A stretch of DNA of 64,000 nucleotides from a virus (taxonomy: Duplodnaviria > Caudoviricetes), in the IMG/VR virus record IMGVR_UViG_3300028805_000048. One strand, 5' to 3'. A program made the position numbers and the translations under genes. The notes under the pieces were generated by a model. The model ran no database searches, was not told the origin of the DNA, and saw nothing but the letters and a program-made list of their open reading frames with translations. Numbering within the stretch: the first letter of the stretch is position 1; the number at the start of each line of letters is the position of its first letter. Positions 10,449 to 21,712 of the stretch are shown in pieces.

Positions 10449-11312
10449 TTAACCTATAAAACCTCTTTTTTGTTTATCTAAGCTATGATATTTTGGATTC
10501 CATCCAATATCACTAGATCCATCATATTCTATTTCTTCTAATTCTTTGATTAATCTTTTAACACGTTGTTGAGCAGCATATGTATTAAATTCATCTAATA
10601 AATCTTTAAGAGTATTAATATCATATTGTATATCATTTTTAAATTCTTTTATTCTATCACCTTTTGGATTATTTGCTTGATTTACTATCAATTGTTCTAT
10701 TTCTTCTTTTTCTTCTTGTGTAAATTCGTATTTGTTAGCCACATTGGCCAATCCCCTGTCAACATCCTCGGCAGAAAGTTCATTAGTAGAAAGAGGATCA
10801 AGTAAATTAATAATATCTTCATATTGTTCATCCGTCAGTGTGTATTTACTCGCAATTAATTGTGCTATATTTTCAGCATCATATGTTCTATCTTCTGGTA
10901 CATTTTCATCTAAATTAACACTTTCTGTCTGTAATTCTTTTTCTTCTGTTTTATCTTCTTCGTTGTCATTTTCTTTATCTTCGCCAGATTTAGCTTCTTC
11001 TACACCGTCTGCATATTTTTCTTTTAAATCAGGCGCTTGGCTTACCTTTTCATTTAATTGAGCAAGATGTTTGATTTCTTCATTTTTTATATCTATCAAT
11101 GTATCGTGAAATAAATTAACTAAATTTTTATTACTGATTTTAGATTCAATAGCAAGAATTTGTTCATATTCAACAATTGCACCGGTTTCACTAGCGATAG
11201 CTTTTAGTATTGCTTCAACATATTGTTTATCATGTGATAAATCTATTTGATTTACTTCTAACGGATTAGCATCTGTTTCAGTTAATAATTTTTTCTTTGG
11301 AATAAAACGCAT
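10449..11312 (-). CDS. Acidic protein with N-terminal ferritin-like domain, probably virion-associated
   Basis: AIASETGAIVEYE...IKNEEIKH four-helix di-iron pattern; late motif upstream. Confidence 0.55.
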   Translation of the reverse strand: MRFIPKKKLLTETDANPLEVNQIDLSHDKQYVEAILKAIASETGAIVEYEQILAIESKISNKNLVNLFHDTLIDIKNEEIKHLAQLNEKVSQAPDLKEKYADGVEEAKSGEDKENDNEEDKTEEKELQTESVNLDENVPEDRTYDAENIAQLIASKYTLTDEQYEDIINLLDPLSTNELSAEDVDRGLANVANKYEFTQEEKEEIEQLIVNQANNPKGDRIKEFKNDIQYDINTLKDLLDEFNTYAAQQRVKRLIKELEEIEYDGSSDIGWNPKYHSLDKQKRGFIG

Positions 11313-11450
11313 AATTTATTACTCTTATATAATGAAAGTTAAAACTTATTTATATAGAACTAAGATAAAAAATATGTTTGAGAATATAAAAAATCCCTAG
11401 ATTTATCTAGGGATTCATTCTTGCTATAATGGAGAAAAACAATAGCAAAA

Positions 11451-12365
11451 TTATTTAGCCAAAGGATTATACCAATTCAAAAATTGTTCCATATTAAAAA
11501 ATTCAATCCAATTAAGATTATTTTTCTTAGCAATTTCTCGTTTTAAAGGATCTTTGTAAACCCATGTATCTATTGCAGAATTATACTTTTTATATCCTAA
11601 GTGTAATTTATAATTCCATTCATTTAATATTTTTTGATGTCTCTTATTATTTTCATTATATGGACCAAGAATATCTTTTTCACTTATTTTACCATGTGTC
11701 CAATATCCTTGATATTCAATATAAAGATTTAATTCAGGAATGTAAAAATCACAGTGAAATGGATATAAATCAGATATATATTGTCGTTTAACTTCTTTAA
11801 ATACTTTTCTAAGTAAAAAATATATTTTTTCTTCATCTTTTGATGAATTGATTGTATTATTTATTTTTTCTGTTTCTATCTTTTTTCTTTTTATTTCTTC
11901 TAATTTACTTATATTATCTACACCATACTTTTCTATAATTTTAAGTTTTATTTTTTCATTTATTTCTTTACTAGCAAAACCTGTTCCACCATATTTCTTT
12001 AAATTTGTTTCTTTTACTTTTTCTTGTATCGATTTGAGTTTCGATGGTCTTTCAATTCCATAACGTTCTAGACAAGTTTGTTTAAGTTTTTTATCACATT
12101 CTAATATTTCTTCTTTTGTTCTATTTTTTCTTTTTTCTGAAAGATATCTTTTTCCTTCTTCTGTACAAGTATATGATTTGACACCATATTTCCTTAAACA
12201 AGTCTTTTTTATATTTTTTGCTACCAATTTTGGTGATTTCTTTATTTGCAATTCTTTCATTAATTTTTTAAATTTTTTTAAATTTATTCCAAGTATTTCT
12301 AGCATTTCATTTCTAGACTTGTTTTGTATGATATACAAATTATATATTTCTTCTTTCGTTAGCAT
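11451..12365 (-). CDS. Free-standing homing-endonuclease-like protein (PD-(D/E)xK/Vsr-like C-terminus)
   Basis: KxTCLxKYGV repeats followed by CDFYIPELNLYIEYQGYWTHG nuclease motif. Confidence 0.7.
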   Translation of the reverse strand: MLTKEEIYNLYIIQNKSRNEMLEILGINLKKFKKLMKELQIKKSPKLVAKNIKKTCLRKYGVKSYTCTEEGKRYLSEKRKNRTKEEILECDKKLKQTCLERYGIERPSKLKSIQEKVKETNLKKYGGTGFASKEINEKIKLKIIEKYGVDNISKLEEIKRKKIETEKINNTINSSKDEEKIYFLLRKVFKEVKRQYISDLYPFHCDFYIPELNLYIEYQGYWTHGKISEKDILGPYNENNKRHQKILNEWNYKLHLGYKKYNSAIDTWVYKDPLKREIAKKNNLNWIEFFNMEQFLNWYNPLAK

Positions 12366-12431
12366 TAAAAAAAACCTCTATAATTAATAGAACTACTATA
12401 GAGGTTTTTTAATAATTATTTTAAAGAAAAT

Positions 12432-13316
12432 TTATTGCGGTAATGGATAATTATCGCTCATTTTATCTTTATAATAAACGTTGTTATCACCTAATTTCAA
12501 TACAATTGTTTCAACTTTTAATTCTTTAGGTAATAATTTTTCATCAATTTGAGATACTTTATAAGCATCATTGTGATTTTTGTCATAAACTTGATCAACA
12601 TGAAGAGCTTCAGAACCTTCACCTATTTCTTTCTTCAAAGTAGTAAGAACATTAGAAGCGTTAATTCTAGTATCTGGATTCCAATCACGAGGACCAGCAT
12701 AATCAGATTCTGCTAAAAATTCATTGTGTTCTTTAATCCACTCATCAGCTTCTTCTTCAGTATCACAAATAGAAGCTATTTTACCGTCTTCACCAATAAT
12801 TTCATAATCACCAGAAGCATTACGTCTTGTTGTGTATTTTTTCGGTTTTTCACCTGATTCATTGAAAGCAATGAGATATTCTTCACATGTTTTACCGCCA
12901 AGAATCTTATCTACATATCTTCCTAAATAAGATTCACCAAATTCAAGAATATGTAATGCTTTCTCTTCTTCGTGCGGATGATGACAATGATGTTCATGAT
13001 CTTCTTGATTTTCTACATCGACAGAAATATCAACCATATCATCAGCCAAATCGTTCATCGTGTTGATTATAGAAGATGCGTCAGTTTGTGTTTCTTCTTT
13101 ACCTTCAAAATCAGTATCATTTGACATTGCTGCTGTATTCACAAGATTATTTTTGTCTGTGATTTCTTCAGGAGAAAATTCTCCAGGATTAGCGTTAGCC
13201 ATACCCATATCATCAAAAGATGATACGATATTATTAGCAAGCATTTCTTTACTACTGTCAATACCCTCAGATAAAACAGAAACGCCAGCATTAATCAATC
13301 GTTCACGTAAACTCAT
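12432..13316 (-). CDS. Acidic hypothetical protein, probably virion internal
   Basis: Highly acidic, late motif upstream, structural gene context. Confidence 0.45.
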   Translation of the reverse strand: MSLRERLINAGVSVLSEGIDSSKEMLANNIVSSFDDMGMANANPGEFSPEEITDKNNLVNTAAMSNDTDFEGKEETQTDASSIINTMNDLADDMVDISVDVENQEDHEHHCHHPHEEEKALHILEFGESYLGRYVDKILGGKTCEEYLIAFNESGEKPKKYTTRRNASGDYEIIGEDGKIASICDTEEEADEWIKEHNEFLAESDYAGPRDWNPDTRINASNVLTTLKKEIGEGSEALHVDQVYDKNHNDAYKVSQIDEKLLPKELKVETIVLKLGDNNVYYKDKMSDNYPLPQ

Positions 13317-13392
13317 TATATTATTTTCCTGTTAACATTTGAAATATATTTCTTTTATCATTAGAACTAACAATATTTATGTATAACTTTAT

Positions 13393-13671
13393 CTATTTAC
13401 TCGGAATAAATCCAGGACAAAGAGTTACTATTTTACCATCTTTAGATTTCGCATACATTGCGCATTGTGGTTTGCCATTCTTTATCCAATTTCTACAAAG
13501 ATTTATATGAAAATGACTATAACAATTATGTGATTCTGTAAAATATCTACAAGAGCATTTGTGTAAAGATTTATCTACAAAATGAGTTTCTATTAATACA
13601 CCAGATATTTTTTCATCAATTAAATATCCAACTAATTCTTCGTTTTCATATTTTTCACGTATCAAATACAT
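13393..13671 (-). CDS. SWIM-like zinc-finger protein
   Basis: CSC...C..H motif. Confidence 0.45.
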   Translation of the reverse strand: MYLIREKYENEELVGYLIDEKISGVLIETHFVDKSLHKCSCRYFTESHNCYSHFHINLCRNWIKNGKPQCAMYAKSKDGKIVTLCPGFIPSK

Positions 13672-13687
13672 TATTTTCCTTCAACAG

Positions 13688-14578
13688 TTATGATTTCTTA
13701 TTTATTGTATATATAAGATGTCCTTTGTTTACATACTTTTTATCAAGTAATATAAAATCAAAAACACGTCTTTTGAATTTTTTAAATACATTAATTCTTT
13801 GATTTATGTCTTTTAACTTATCTTGTGTTAAATTTTCTTTAGATAGCAAATTGTAAATTCCAAAATTCATCCAATATATTTTAAATTCAGTATATTTTAA
13901 TAAAGATTTATAATTTTTAAACATTTCTTTAATATCTTCAAATGTTTTACCTTCTAATAAAAGTGTATTTGCCAATTCTCTCGCTCTAGCATCTATTTCT
14001 TGATAACTAGCTAAATATTTTAAATTTTGATAACTAGTTTGTAATTCGTCAGGATTTATACCAGGTTGAATTTTTTCTTGTTTATTAAATTGATCAATGT
14101 GAGTTATTTCATGTGTATATATTTTATATAAATCTTCAATTAACTGATTAAATTGAATATCTGTTGATAAAATATTTAAATTTTTTACAATAAATATAAA
14201 TCTAGAATTTACGTATATACGAATTATTCCATCAGAATCAGCATCACTATTCAATATTCCAGAATTTGGATATCTAGGTTTACTATTATATGGTGAATTT
14301 GTTCCAAACTCAATATTAGCTTTTAAAAATTCAGAATTTAAATTATCTATTATATCTTCATCATCGATTTCGTTTAATTTTCTACAATTATATATAACTT
14401 TAATTATACTAGCTTTAATGTTTTCTGGGGTTAATTTTAATTCATTATAAGTTTCTTTCAAAATCATTGAATGAATAATCATATTTTCATATAAAGATTC
14501 TATTGTGTCTTCTATATATGATAGCACACTAATAGCTTCTCTATATTCAACTAATTTATTTTTTTCTTCTTCAATCAT
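13688..14578 (-). CDS. HExxH zinc metalloprotease-like protein
   Basis: THEITHIDQ with downstream Y..S.QEIDA glutamate. Confidence 0.55.
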   Translation of the reverse strand: MIEEEKNKLVEYREAISVLSYIEDTIESLYENMIIHSMILKETYNELKLTPENIKASIIKVIYNCRKLNEIDDEDIIDNLNSEFLKANIEFGTNSPYNSKPRYPNSGILNSDADSDGIIRIYVNSRFIFIVKNLNILSTDIQFNQLIEDLYKIYTHEITHIDQFNKQEKIQPGINPDELQTSYQNLKYLASYQEIDARARELANTLLLEGKTFEDIKEMFKNYKSLLKYTEFKIYWMNFGIYNLLSKENLTQDKLKDINQRINVFKKFKRRVFDFILLDKKYVNKGHLIYTINKKS

Positions 14579-14683
14579 TTTTTAATCCAGATAAAAAGTT
14601 ATATATTAGAACCTATAAAAAAGAAGAGTTAAGTATATAAACTCAACTCTTCTTAATGTATTTGGAAATTTTTTAATTAAATA

Positions 14684-15745
14684 TTAACCGAAAAATCTCT
14701 TTGTGAAACGATTTTCACCAGCTTCAGCAATGAAATTGTTTGCATCAACTGATTCTTTAAATACGGCAACAAATTTACCATATTTACTATCGAAAACTTT
14801 AACACATTCGTTAAGTCTCTTATCACCAAAGGTAGAAACGATCTTAGCAGCTTTTTCTTCTTTAACGCCAGCTTTTTCTAATGATTCAACCAATGTCATA
14901 TAATCTTTACCAGATTTAGTTGATTCTTCGTATTTACCTAAGCAAGATTCAACTTGATCCATATCAACTTCATCATCAAAAGTTTCATCTTCCATAGCCG
15001 GAACTGGAGTATCGTCAAAAGCATCAAAAGATTCTTCATCATCCCATTCTTCTTCAGGATAAATTTCACCAAGATTATCATCTTCATTGAAAGCACCCAT
15101 ATAATGACCTGCTTCATTTAAAGCATATTCTAATTTACCTGGTTTAATTGAACCTTTAAGAGAAGATACACGAGCAGCAAAATCTTTGTAATTATCAAAG
15201 CTTTCTTTCTTAACACCCATCAATTTAACGTTTGCCATATTAATTGGAGTAGCTTCTTCAGCAATCACAACAGATTCACAAGCTAACATTTTGTGAGCTT
15301 TAATTGTATTTTCTGCAAACTTTTTATATTTATCTTCAACAGATTCTTTCTTTTCATCATCCACAGAAACTTCAGCAACTTCAATGTTATCATCTTCAGT
15401 GTCACCCAAAGCATCAACAACATCGTCTACTTCCTCACCATCGAGAACAGCATCTAAAGCAGGTTTTTCTACAAAATCTACATCAGATAATTCGTCAGCA
15501 GAAGCAACAACATCTGCAACTTTTTGAGCAATTTCAGGATCAGAAATTACAACTACTGCAGCAGAACCATCGAGAACAAGATTACCTTCTTCATCACCGC
15601 CGACATCAACTGTTTCACCAGCGTCAAATTCTACATCGCCTTCATCTGTTTCACAAATTAATTTACGAGTCACAATCCAGTTTTTGGATTCTTGTAATTT
15701 AGCACGAGCTACTCTCGCTGCTAAACGATTTAAATATTTAGCCAT
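14684..15745 (-). CDS. Acidic prohead core/scaffold-like protein
   Basis: Very acidic, codon usage of a highly expressed gene, repeated xxES segments, late motif upstream. Confidence 0.45.
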   Translation of the reverse strand: MAKYLNRLAARVARAKLQESKNWIVTRKLICETDEGDVEFDAGETVDVGGDEEGNLVLDGSAAVVVISDPEIAQKVADVVASADELSDVDFVEKPALDAVLDGEEVDDVVDALGDTEDDNIEVAEVSVDDEKKESVEDKYKKFAENTIKAHKMLACESVVIAEEATPINMANVKLMGVKKESFDNYKDFAARVSSLKGSIKPGKLEYALNEAGHYMGAFNEDDNLGEIYPEEEWDDEESFDAFDDTPVPAMEDETFDDEVDMDQVESCLGKYEESTKSGKDYMTLVESLEKAGVKEEKAAKIVSTFGDKRLNECVKVFDSKYGKFVAVFKESVDANNFIAEAGENRFTKRFFG

Positions 15746-15844
15746 TTAAACACTTCCTATTAATTAATAAAAATTTAAACACCAAAAACTAGAACTTTTT
15801 AAAACATTGTATAAACTAGAAAATTATTTAAAATTTAGAACTAT

Positions 15845-17104
15845 TTATTTTTCAGAATTATTTATTTTCTTATATAACCTACCAATTTTCCATTCATCTC
15901 CGTCTGGAATAGTATATTTAAGTACAGATATTTTACCATTATTAAACCAGTGTTTACCTTTAGCGGCTTTTGACAATTTATTTCTGTATTCAGCAGTACT
16001 TGTAGCCTCTGTTCTTTTTTTATTCCATTCTTTTTTATTTAGCTCATTTGAAAGAAATTTACGTAAACCATCTTTTAGTTTTTGTTTTTCCTCTTTTTTT
16101 GTCATTCTTTCTTTCATTGAATTACTTATTTTTTCTCTATGCTCAGGATTTTTCCATGTTTCTTTTCTACATTTAGATATTTTTTCTCTATATTCTTCGT
16201 TTTTCCATAACTCTTTGGCATTTTTAGATCTTTTTTGTTTTAATTCTTCAGATATTTCATGTGGAATATATGCATCTATTCCTTGTATTCTTAATGTTAA
16301 ATTGTATCCATTTGGTGATAAAGTATTATATTTTTGTATATAAAATATTTCTTTTTCACTTAATTCTTTTTGTGAGCTAGCGTAATCTAATATTTCTCTT
16401 TTTAATATTGAAGTTCCATATTTTTTAACAATGTTTAAAATTAATTTTCCAGAACCATAATAATTATCATTTAATTTATAGCCACGATGCTGCCCGACAT
16501 ATTGTTTATTATGTAATATATCTGTAATTAAATAAATGTATCCAAATTTTCCATTTCCATTCCATATATATGTTCCTTGTCCTTTTTCATCTATTTTATA
16601 ATTCCAACCTTCACGTAACATTATTTTTTCATTATCAGTTCCCTTACCGTCGGTAGTTCCTATTAATTTATCTGGACCAAATTGACGAAGAAGATTATCT
16701 GTTATAAATTTATTATTTTTATACCAGATTTTACTACCTTTTGATACACGTAATAATTTAAAATTTAATTTATCATAAACATCGCCAGTAAAATAATTAT
16801 AATCACAGTATGAAATTATTGAACATGGCTTATAGTTATTTACAAAATAATTAAACATTTTCATTGCTCCTCCGATTATCCTATAATCTGGATGAAAACA
16901 CAACCTCAATAATTCCCATTGATATGTTTTATTATAGCGTGGATATCCAAAAGTCATTACTGCAATTAAAATTGAATTATATATCAAGCCTATATGATAT
17001 ATAGCTGTTACATTTTTTTGCCTATGATATTTATTTAAAAATTCAGATGTATCTTTTTCTGTTAATTCATTAATGATGCACTTTCTAGCGCCTATCTTAA
17101 TCAT
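15845..17104 (-). mobile_element. Free-standing GIY-YIG homing endonuclease with N-terminal GNAT-like domain and NUMOD-like tail
   Basis: GYIYLITDILHNKQYVGQH...YYGSG...E..YI.KYNTLSPNGYNL; N-terminal WELLRLC...IGGA.K domain. Confidence 0.75.
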
Positions 17105-17163
17105 TTCTTACTCCACAAGTTTCAGTTTATTATATTATATTAAATGTGTTTATTTGTAAAGCT

Positions 17164-18144
17164 TTAATTTATTATAATTCTATTTCCTCTTTCATCATTC
17201 TCAACGACAAGATGCATACGAATGTTTTCAATGAGTTTATTTGGAATAGGTTCATCTGTTATCGTTGCCCATGTATCAATAACAAAAGATGTTCCATATA
17301 TATAACCTTCTCCTTTAAGTTTATCTTTAGAAACTGGATAACGCTCTATATTAGGAATACCAAATACTGTAAATATTTGATTTTCATGATTGTCTATCGT
17401 CGGCGATTTATAAGTCCACCATATTTTACTATCCCAAACACGTAACATTAACTTATCACGTATGTATTGTAATTCGTCTTTATTGTCACACAGAATTACA
17501 GCACTATATTTACAAGTTATTGCTTTACCTTTGAATATTTTAGCTGTTTTTTCACCAGCTATTCTGAGGTCTGAAACAGGAAACCATACACGTGTCTTTT
17601 CTGTAATTTGATCAAACGAATCTTTAGTAATAGGTCTTCCATTTACAGCGATCGAACAAAGCGTAACCCCATTTTCTTGACGTATATCATCTATCTCACC
17701 ACTTAATCCACGATATTTGTTATTCATCGAAGCTATAACAACATGATCACCGATTTCCCAATCTTTATCTTCGTGAGGAATTTCGAATAACCATTGCTTT
17801 ACTCTGTTACCACTTCCCCAGAAAACCGTATCTACATCTTCTTGTTTATATGCTAATAAAGGATAAGAAATATCAGTATTCTTTTCACCGTTTATATTTT
17901 TTCTTAAAAGATAAACGTCAAATATTTCTTCCGTAGTCATTTCATCAACTTGAAATATTCTCGTTTTATCCCAAAGATAATTTGAATTTCCTTCTTTTAC
18001 AATATTGTTTTGTTCTCTAGATTTATCTCTTGGATCAGCAACACGCATTTGATGCATTAAAATTGATTTAAATGCAATATCTATTTCATTTAAAGAACTA
18101 TGAAATTTACTATTTGAAGGTATATCTAATGTGATGTCTGGCAT
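17164..18144 (-). CDS. Hypothetical late protein, possibly neck/tail completion
   Basis: Long ORF with late motif upstream; no decisive motif. Confidence 0.4.
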   Translation of the reverse strand: MPDITLDIPSNSKFHSSLNEIDIAFKSILMHQMRVADPRDKSREQNNIVKEGNSNYLWDKTRIFQVDEMTTEEIFDVYLLRKNINGEKNTDISYPLLAYKQEDVDTVFWGSGNRVKQWLFEIPHEDKDWEIGDHVVIASMNNKYRGLSGEIDDIRQENGVTLCSIAVNGRPITKDSFDQITEKTRVWFPVSDLRIAGEKTAKIFKGKAITCKYSAVILCDNKDELQYIRDKLMLRVWDSKIWWTYKSPTIDNHENQIFTVFGIPNIERYPVSKDKLKGEGYIYGTSFVIDTWATITDEPIPNKLIENIRMHLVVENDERGNRIIIN

Positions 18145-18207
18145 ATCATATTCTCACTATTTATAAAATATAATATTAGAACTTTATGAGGATTATTTAT
18201 TTCAGCA

Positions 18208-19095
18208 CTATTGTTTTCCAAATAATTCATCTGTTGAACTACAAAAGCATAATTTATTTGTTAGTTTACTAATTTCTTTTGCTTGATTTCTATCGCTTTC
18301 TATAAACAATTGTATATCTTTTAATTTTTTATAATTTTCAGCTTTAAATTTTGCATGTAAATTTAAACGCTTACGCTGTTCTGCTGTATAACCAGAAAGC
18401 ATAATCAAATGATCATATTGAACATTATTGTTTCTTAACCATTCTTCTGTTTCTTTTCTATATTTTTCTAAGCGTGATGTGATTATATATGGAATTTTAT
18501 ATTGTGGAATGAATAACGGCTTAGCATTTAATAAGAATTGTTTATAATTTTCTCCATCATCATTTTCTTTATTAGTAGGATCAAAACATAACACTCCATC
18601 GATATCAAATGCGGCGTCTTGTAAAAAACAGTGATTTAAATAATTCCATTGAAATAATCTAGGTGAAGATACCTTTTCGAAAGCTATATTTACAAAATCT
18701 TTGTAATTGTCGTTTTTGTAATATATTGCAAGATATTTTATATTATATTTTTTATCTATTCCATTATCAATGAGCAACTTTTTTGTTTCAGAAATAGCTT
18801 TACCTGACAAAATGGAATCATCGACGATCAAAACATCACTTGTTTCATTGGAAAATTTTATCCTATGCGTTGTTTTAGATTTATAATCTTCATTTATCAA
18901 TTCACGTAATGTACATACTTGTTTAGATAGCATCATTCCTAACATATTGGCTGGTATCATACCACTTCTTGGAATTCCAACAATAAGATCTATTTTATTT
19001 GGTAATTTATATAAGTTTTTCTTTAAATCAAGTGATAGATCTTGATATGTTTTATAATTTAATGATTTTGTGTTTATGTTAAATGTGTTATACAT
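18208..19095 (-). CDS. Phosphoribosyltransferase fused to HAD-like phosphatase
   Basis: IVGIPRSG and VLIVDDSILSG (PRPP-binding loop); AFDIDGVLC (HAD motif I). Confidence 0.75.
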   Translation of the reverse strand: MYNTFNINTKSLNYKTYQDLSLDLKKNLYKLPNKIDLIVGIPRSGMIPANMLGMMLSKQVCTLRELINEDYKSKTTHRIKFSNETSDVLIVDDSILSGKAISETKKLLIDNGIDKKYNIKYLAIYYKNDNYKDFVNIAFEKVSSPRLFQWNYLNHCFLQDAAFDIDGVLCFDPTNKENDDGENYKQFLLNAKPLFIPQYKIPYIITSRLEKYRKETEEWLRNNNVQYDHLIMLSGYTAEQRKRLNLHAKFKAENYKKLKDIQLFIESDRNQAKEISKLTNKLCFCSSTDELFGKQ

Positions 19096-19106
19096 TTTAT
19101 CCTTCT

Positions 19107-20045
19107 CTAAAAGAAATCTGTGTGTTTTCTTGTAGTATATGTTTTTTCAGTTTTGTGTTCGTTGTAGATATTATAATATAACTCATCAGATAGCATTTCT
19201 TTTGCTAAAACTTTTCTATGTTTTAAATCATTTAATGAGCATTCTTTTTTACCGCAGTTAAAAGATATTATTGCTTTTGAAATAAATGTTTTTTTAAAGG
19301 TGTCATAAATTTTTAATTTTTTTAATTTGTTTTCTAGTTGATTAAGCGCATGTAAAACGGCATCGAAATTAGCATTTCTATTTGATGTTAAATTATTCTT
19401 TTGACATATTCTATAATGTACAAATATTTTATTTAAAATGCTAATTTTGTTAGCTAAACACATAGCCAAGCACACACAAGTTAAATCATTACAACATATA
19501 CAATTTTCAAATGTTAAATTGTTTTCAATGAAAAATTTTCTATTAAATAGTTTTGTCCATGGATTTGGTTTACATATATCTAATAATCTATTACGTATTT
19601 TAAAAGGCTTAAATGGAGACATTTTTTCATATTTTTCTTTGATTTTAAATTCTTTTACTTTTTCATTTGTTAATGTGTTATAACTTTCCCAAGCACAAAT
19701 TACTATATCAGAATTATCAGATTTAGCTTTCTCATACATTTCTTCTAGCATATTCGGTTCAAAGAAGTCATCTGAATCCAAAAAGCTTAAATATTCCCCT
19801 TTTGCTTGCGACAAACCTGCATTACGAGCAACACCAGCATAGAGGTTTTTCTGTGTAATAACAGTTATCCTCTTATCTTTCTCAGCGTACTCCTTTAAGA
19901 TATCCAAAGAAGCATCTGTTGATCCGTCATCAACGCAGATGATTTCAATTTCTTTTAGTGTTTGATTGACTACAGAATCTAAGCACTGTCTTAAATATGG
20001 TTCAACATTATAAATTGGCATAATAACAGATACTTTTGGTAACAT
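19107..20045 (-). CDS. Glycosyltransferase family 2
   Basis: VSVIMPIYNVEPYL, VDDGSTD, ARNAGL, FLDSDD. Confidence 0.92.
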   Translation of the reverse strand: MLPKVSVIMPIYNVEPYLRQCLDSVVNQTLKEIEIICVDDGSTDASLDILKEYAEKDKRITVITQKNLYAGVARNAGLSQAKGEYLSFLDSDDFFEPNMLEEMYEKAKSDNSDIVICAWESYNTLTNEKVKEFKIKEKYEKMSPFKPFKIRNRLLDICKPNPWTKLFNRKFFIENNLTFENCICCNDLTCVCLAMCLANKISILNKIFVHYRICQKNNLTSNRNANFDAVLHALNQLENKLKKLKIYDTFKKTFISKAIISFNCGKKECSLNDLKHRKVLAKEMLSDELYYNIYNEHKTEKTYTTRKHTDFF

Positions 20046-20048
20046 TTT

Positions 20049-20795
20049 TTATTTCTCACTTAAAATAGGTAAACAAGATATATCTAAATTTCCATAATTT
20101 TCTTTTATTAAATATTTTTTCATATCATGATAATTTAAAGTAAATGTTTTTAATTTACTTTTAGATTTAAAAGAATTTGCAACGTTATAATTGTTGATCA
20201 CTTGCAATCCTCCATTCCCATTTAAAACTTTAATTTTAAATCTCTTAGGTATTAATTGATGCTGTCCTAAATTCATTATACTTTTATCATTGGTAGAAAG
20301 ATACGCTAAACCCATCGAATTAGAAACAATGTTAAATGATGCTATTTTATATTCATTTTCTGATATTCTACATATCTTATTTGCGTGTGATATACTAATT
20401 ACTACATCTTCTTCATAATTGTCTTGTAATTTTTGTATAAAATCTACAGCTATTCCATCATCGTTATCTATTCTAAACGTATAAAGTTTTTCAGTTTTTA
20501 ATTCTTCTGGAATATACATATTCATATCATCTATATAGATATTTTTTACAAAAGAATACGTTTTTTCAATATTATCAAAAAGTTTTTTCTTGTGTAGTGG
20601 AATTAAATTTGTATGATACACAAGTAGTTTAAAGTCTTTACATGTCTGTTGATTGAAGGATTCTAATGTTATGTTTTTAAAAATATTAAACCTTGTTGAA
20701 AAATATGGTTCTTCATATAATTGAATTAAATTTCTTGAATTTTCACTATTACCAAAAAAATTTGGAATACTATATCTAATCATACCAATTATCAT
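20049..20795 (-). CDS. Putative GT-A glycosyltransferase (rhamnosyltransferase-like)
   Basis: RFNIF..IT..SF.QQT.KDF and TFRIDNDD motifs. Confidence 0.6.
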   Translation of the reverse strand: MIIGMIRYSIPNFFGNSENSRNLIQLYEEPYFSTRFNIFKNITLESFNQQTCKDFKLLVYHTNLIPLHKKKLFDNIEKTYSFVKNIYIDDMNMYIPEELKTEKLYTFRIDNDDGIAVDFIQKLQDNYEEDVVISISHANKICRISENEYKIASFNIVSNSMGLAYLSTNDKSIMNLGQHQLIPKRFKIKVLNGNGGLQVINNYNVANSFKSKSKLKTFTLNYHDMKKYLIKENYGNLDISCLPILSEK

Positions 20796-21268
20796 AATAC
20801 AAATCCATTTTCTTGAAGATAATTAACAAATTCTACTAAATGACTACAAAAACCCATGAGATCTTTTGGATTGTTTGGTTTACGATTTGTTTTACGCCTA
20901 TAATATCTAAATCTTGGACCAGCTCCAACTCCACGTATTCTATTTGCTTGATCAAATCTAAATTGATAGTTTGGACATGAGCATCTTCCCATTATTTCAT
21001 GTTCACCGAGAGTAGGTTTTGGTTTAAATCCATTCATGATTTCTTCTTCTGTTAAACCATCATTTGGTTCAACGTCTTTGAAAAATATCATTGCTGAATA
21101 ATGACCAATTCTCTTATTTGAAGCAACTGTTGCTGTAAATGTCAATATTTTTGATGATTCATCATAAGATAAATCCAAATTGTCTATTCTTGGATTAGAA
21201 GATACAGATGATAATGTTTTTGGACTCACTTTTGGAGTAGATCTCAACACGGCTCTATATAAAGGCAT
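20792..21268 (-). CDS. SWIM zinc-finger protein
   Basis: CSCPNY...FCSHL. Confidence 0.6.
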   Translation of the reverse strand: MPLYRAVLRSTPKVSPKTLSSVSSNPRIDNLDLSYDESSKILTFTATVASNKRIGHYSAMIFFKDVEPNDGLTEEEIMNGFKPKPTLGEHEIMGRCSCPNYQFRFDQANRIRGVGAGPRFRYYRRKTNRKPNNPKDLMGFCSHLVEFVNYLQENGFVL

Positions 21269-21271
21269 AAA

Positions 21272-21712
21272 TTATTCCTTAATTTGTTCAATAATCCATT
21301 TTTCACAATCTTCTAACATACGCCATTCAAGAACTTCATAACCTTGATCTATTAAATTTTTAGTCCATACTTCTTGTTCTGGTGATTTTTTACCTTTTTT
21401 CCATTTAAATTCAACAAAAGTACATTTACCTTTATTTATGATAATCAAATCAGGAAAACCTACACTACCTCCCATTTTTATCATATGTTGTTTATAGATT
21501 GCTTTACTTCTTATATCTCTCATAAAAGATATGGCATTGAAAACATCAGTACAACTACATATCATATTATGATTTCGTAATTTCATAACACAAGCTTTTT
21601 GTAAATCATGTTCTGAATCTATATTATCAAACAAATCACTTGTTATTTTACGTTTAACTTTTATTTGACTTTTTTGTTTTTTTGTTGCTAAACTTAATGT
21701 TCTTAAAGCCAT
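21272..21712 (-). CDS. VRR-NUC nuclease
   Basis: EHDLQ, GFPDLII, FVEFK, KSPEQ. Confidence 0.8.
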   Translation of the reverse strand: MALRTLSLATKKQKSQIKVKRKITSDLFDNIDSEHDLQKACVMKLRNHNMICSCTDVFNAISFMRDIRSKAIYKQHMIKMGGSVGFPDLIIINKGKCTFVEFKWKKGKKSPEQEVWTKNLIDQGYEVLEWRMLEDCEKWIIEQIKE

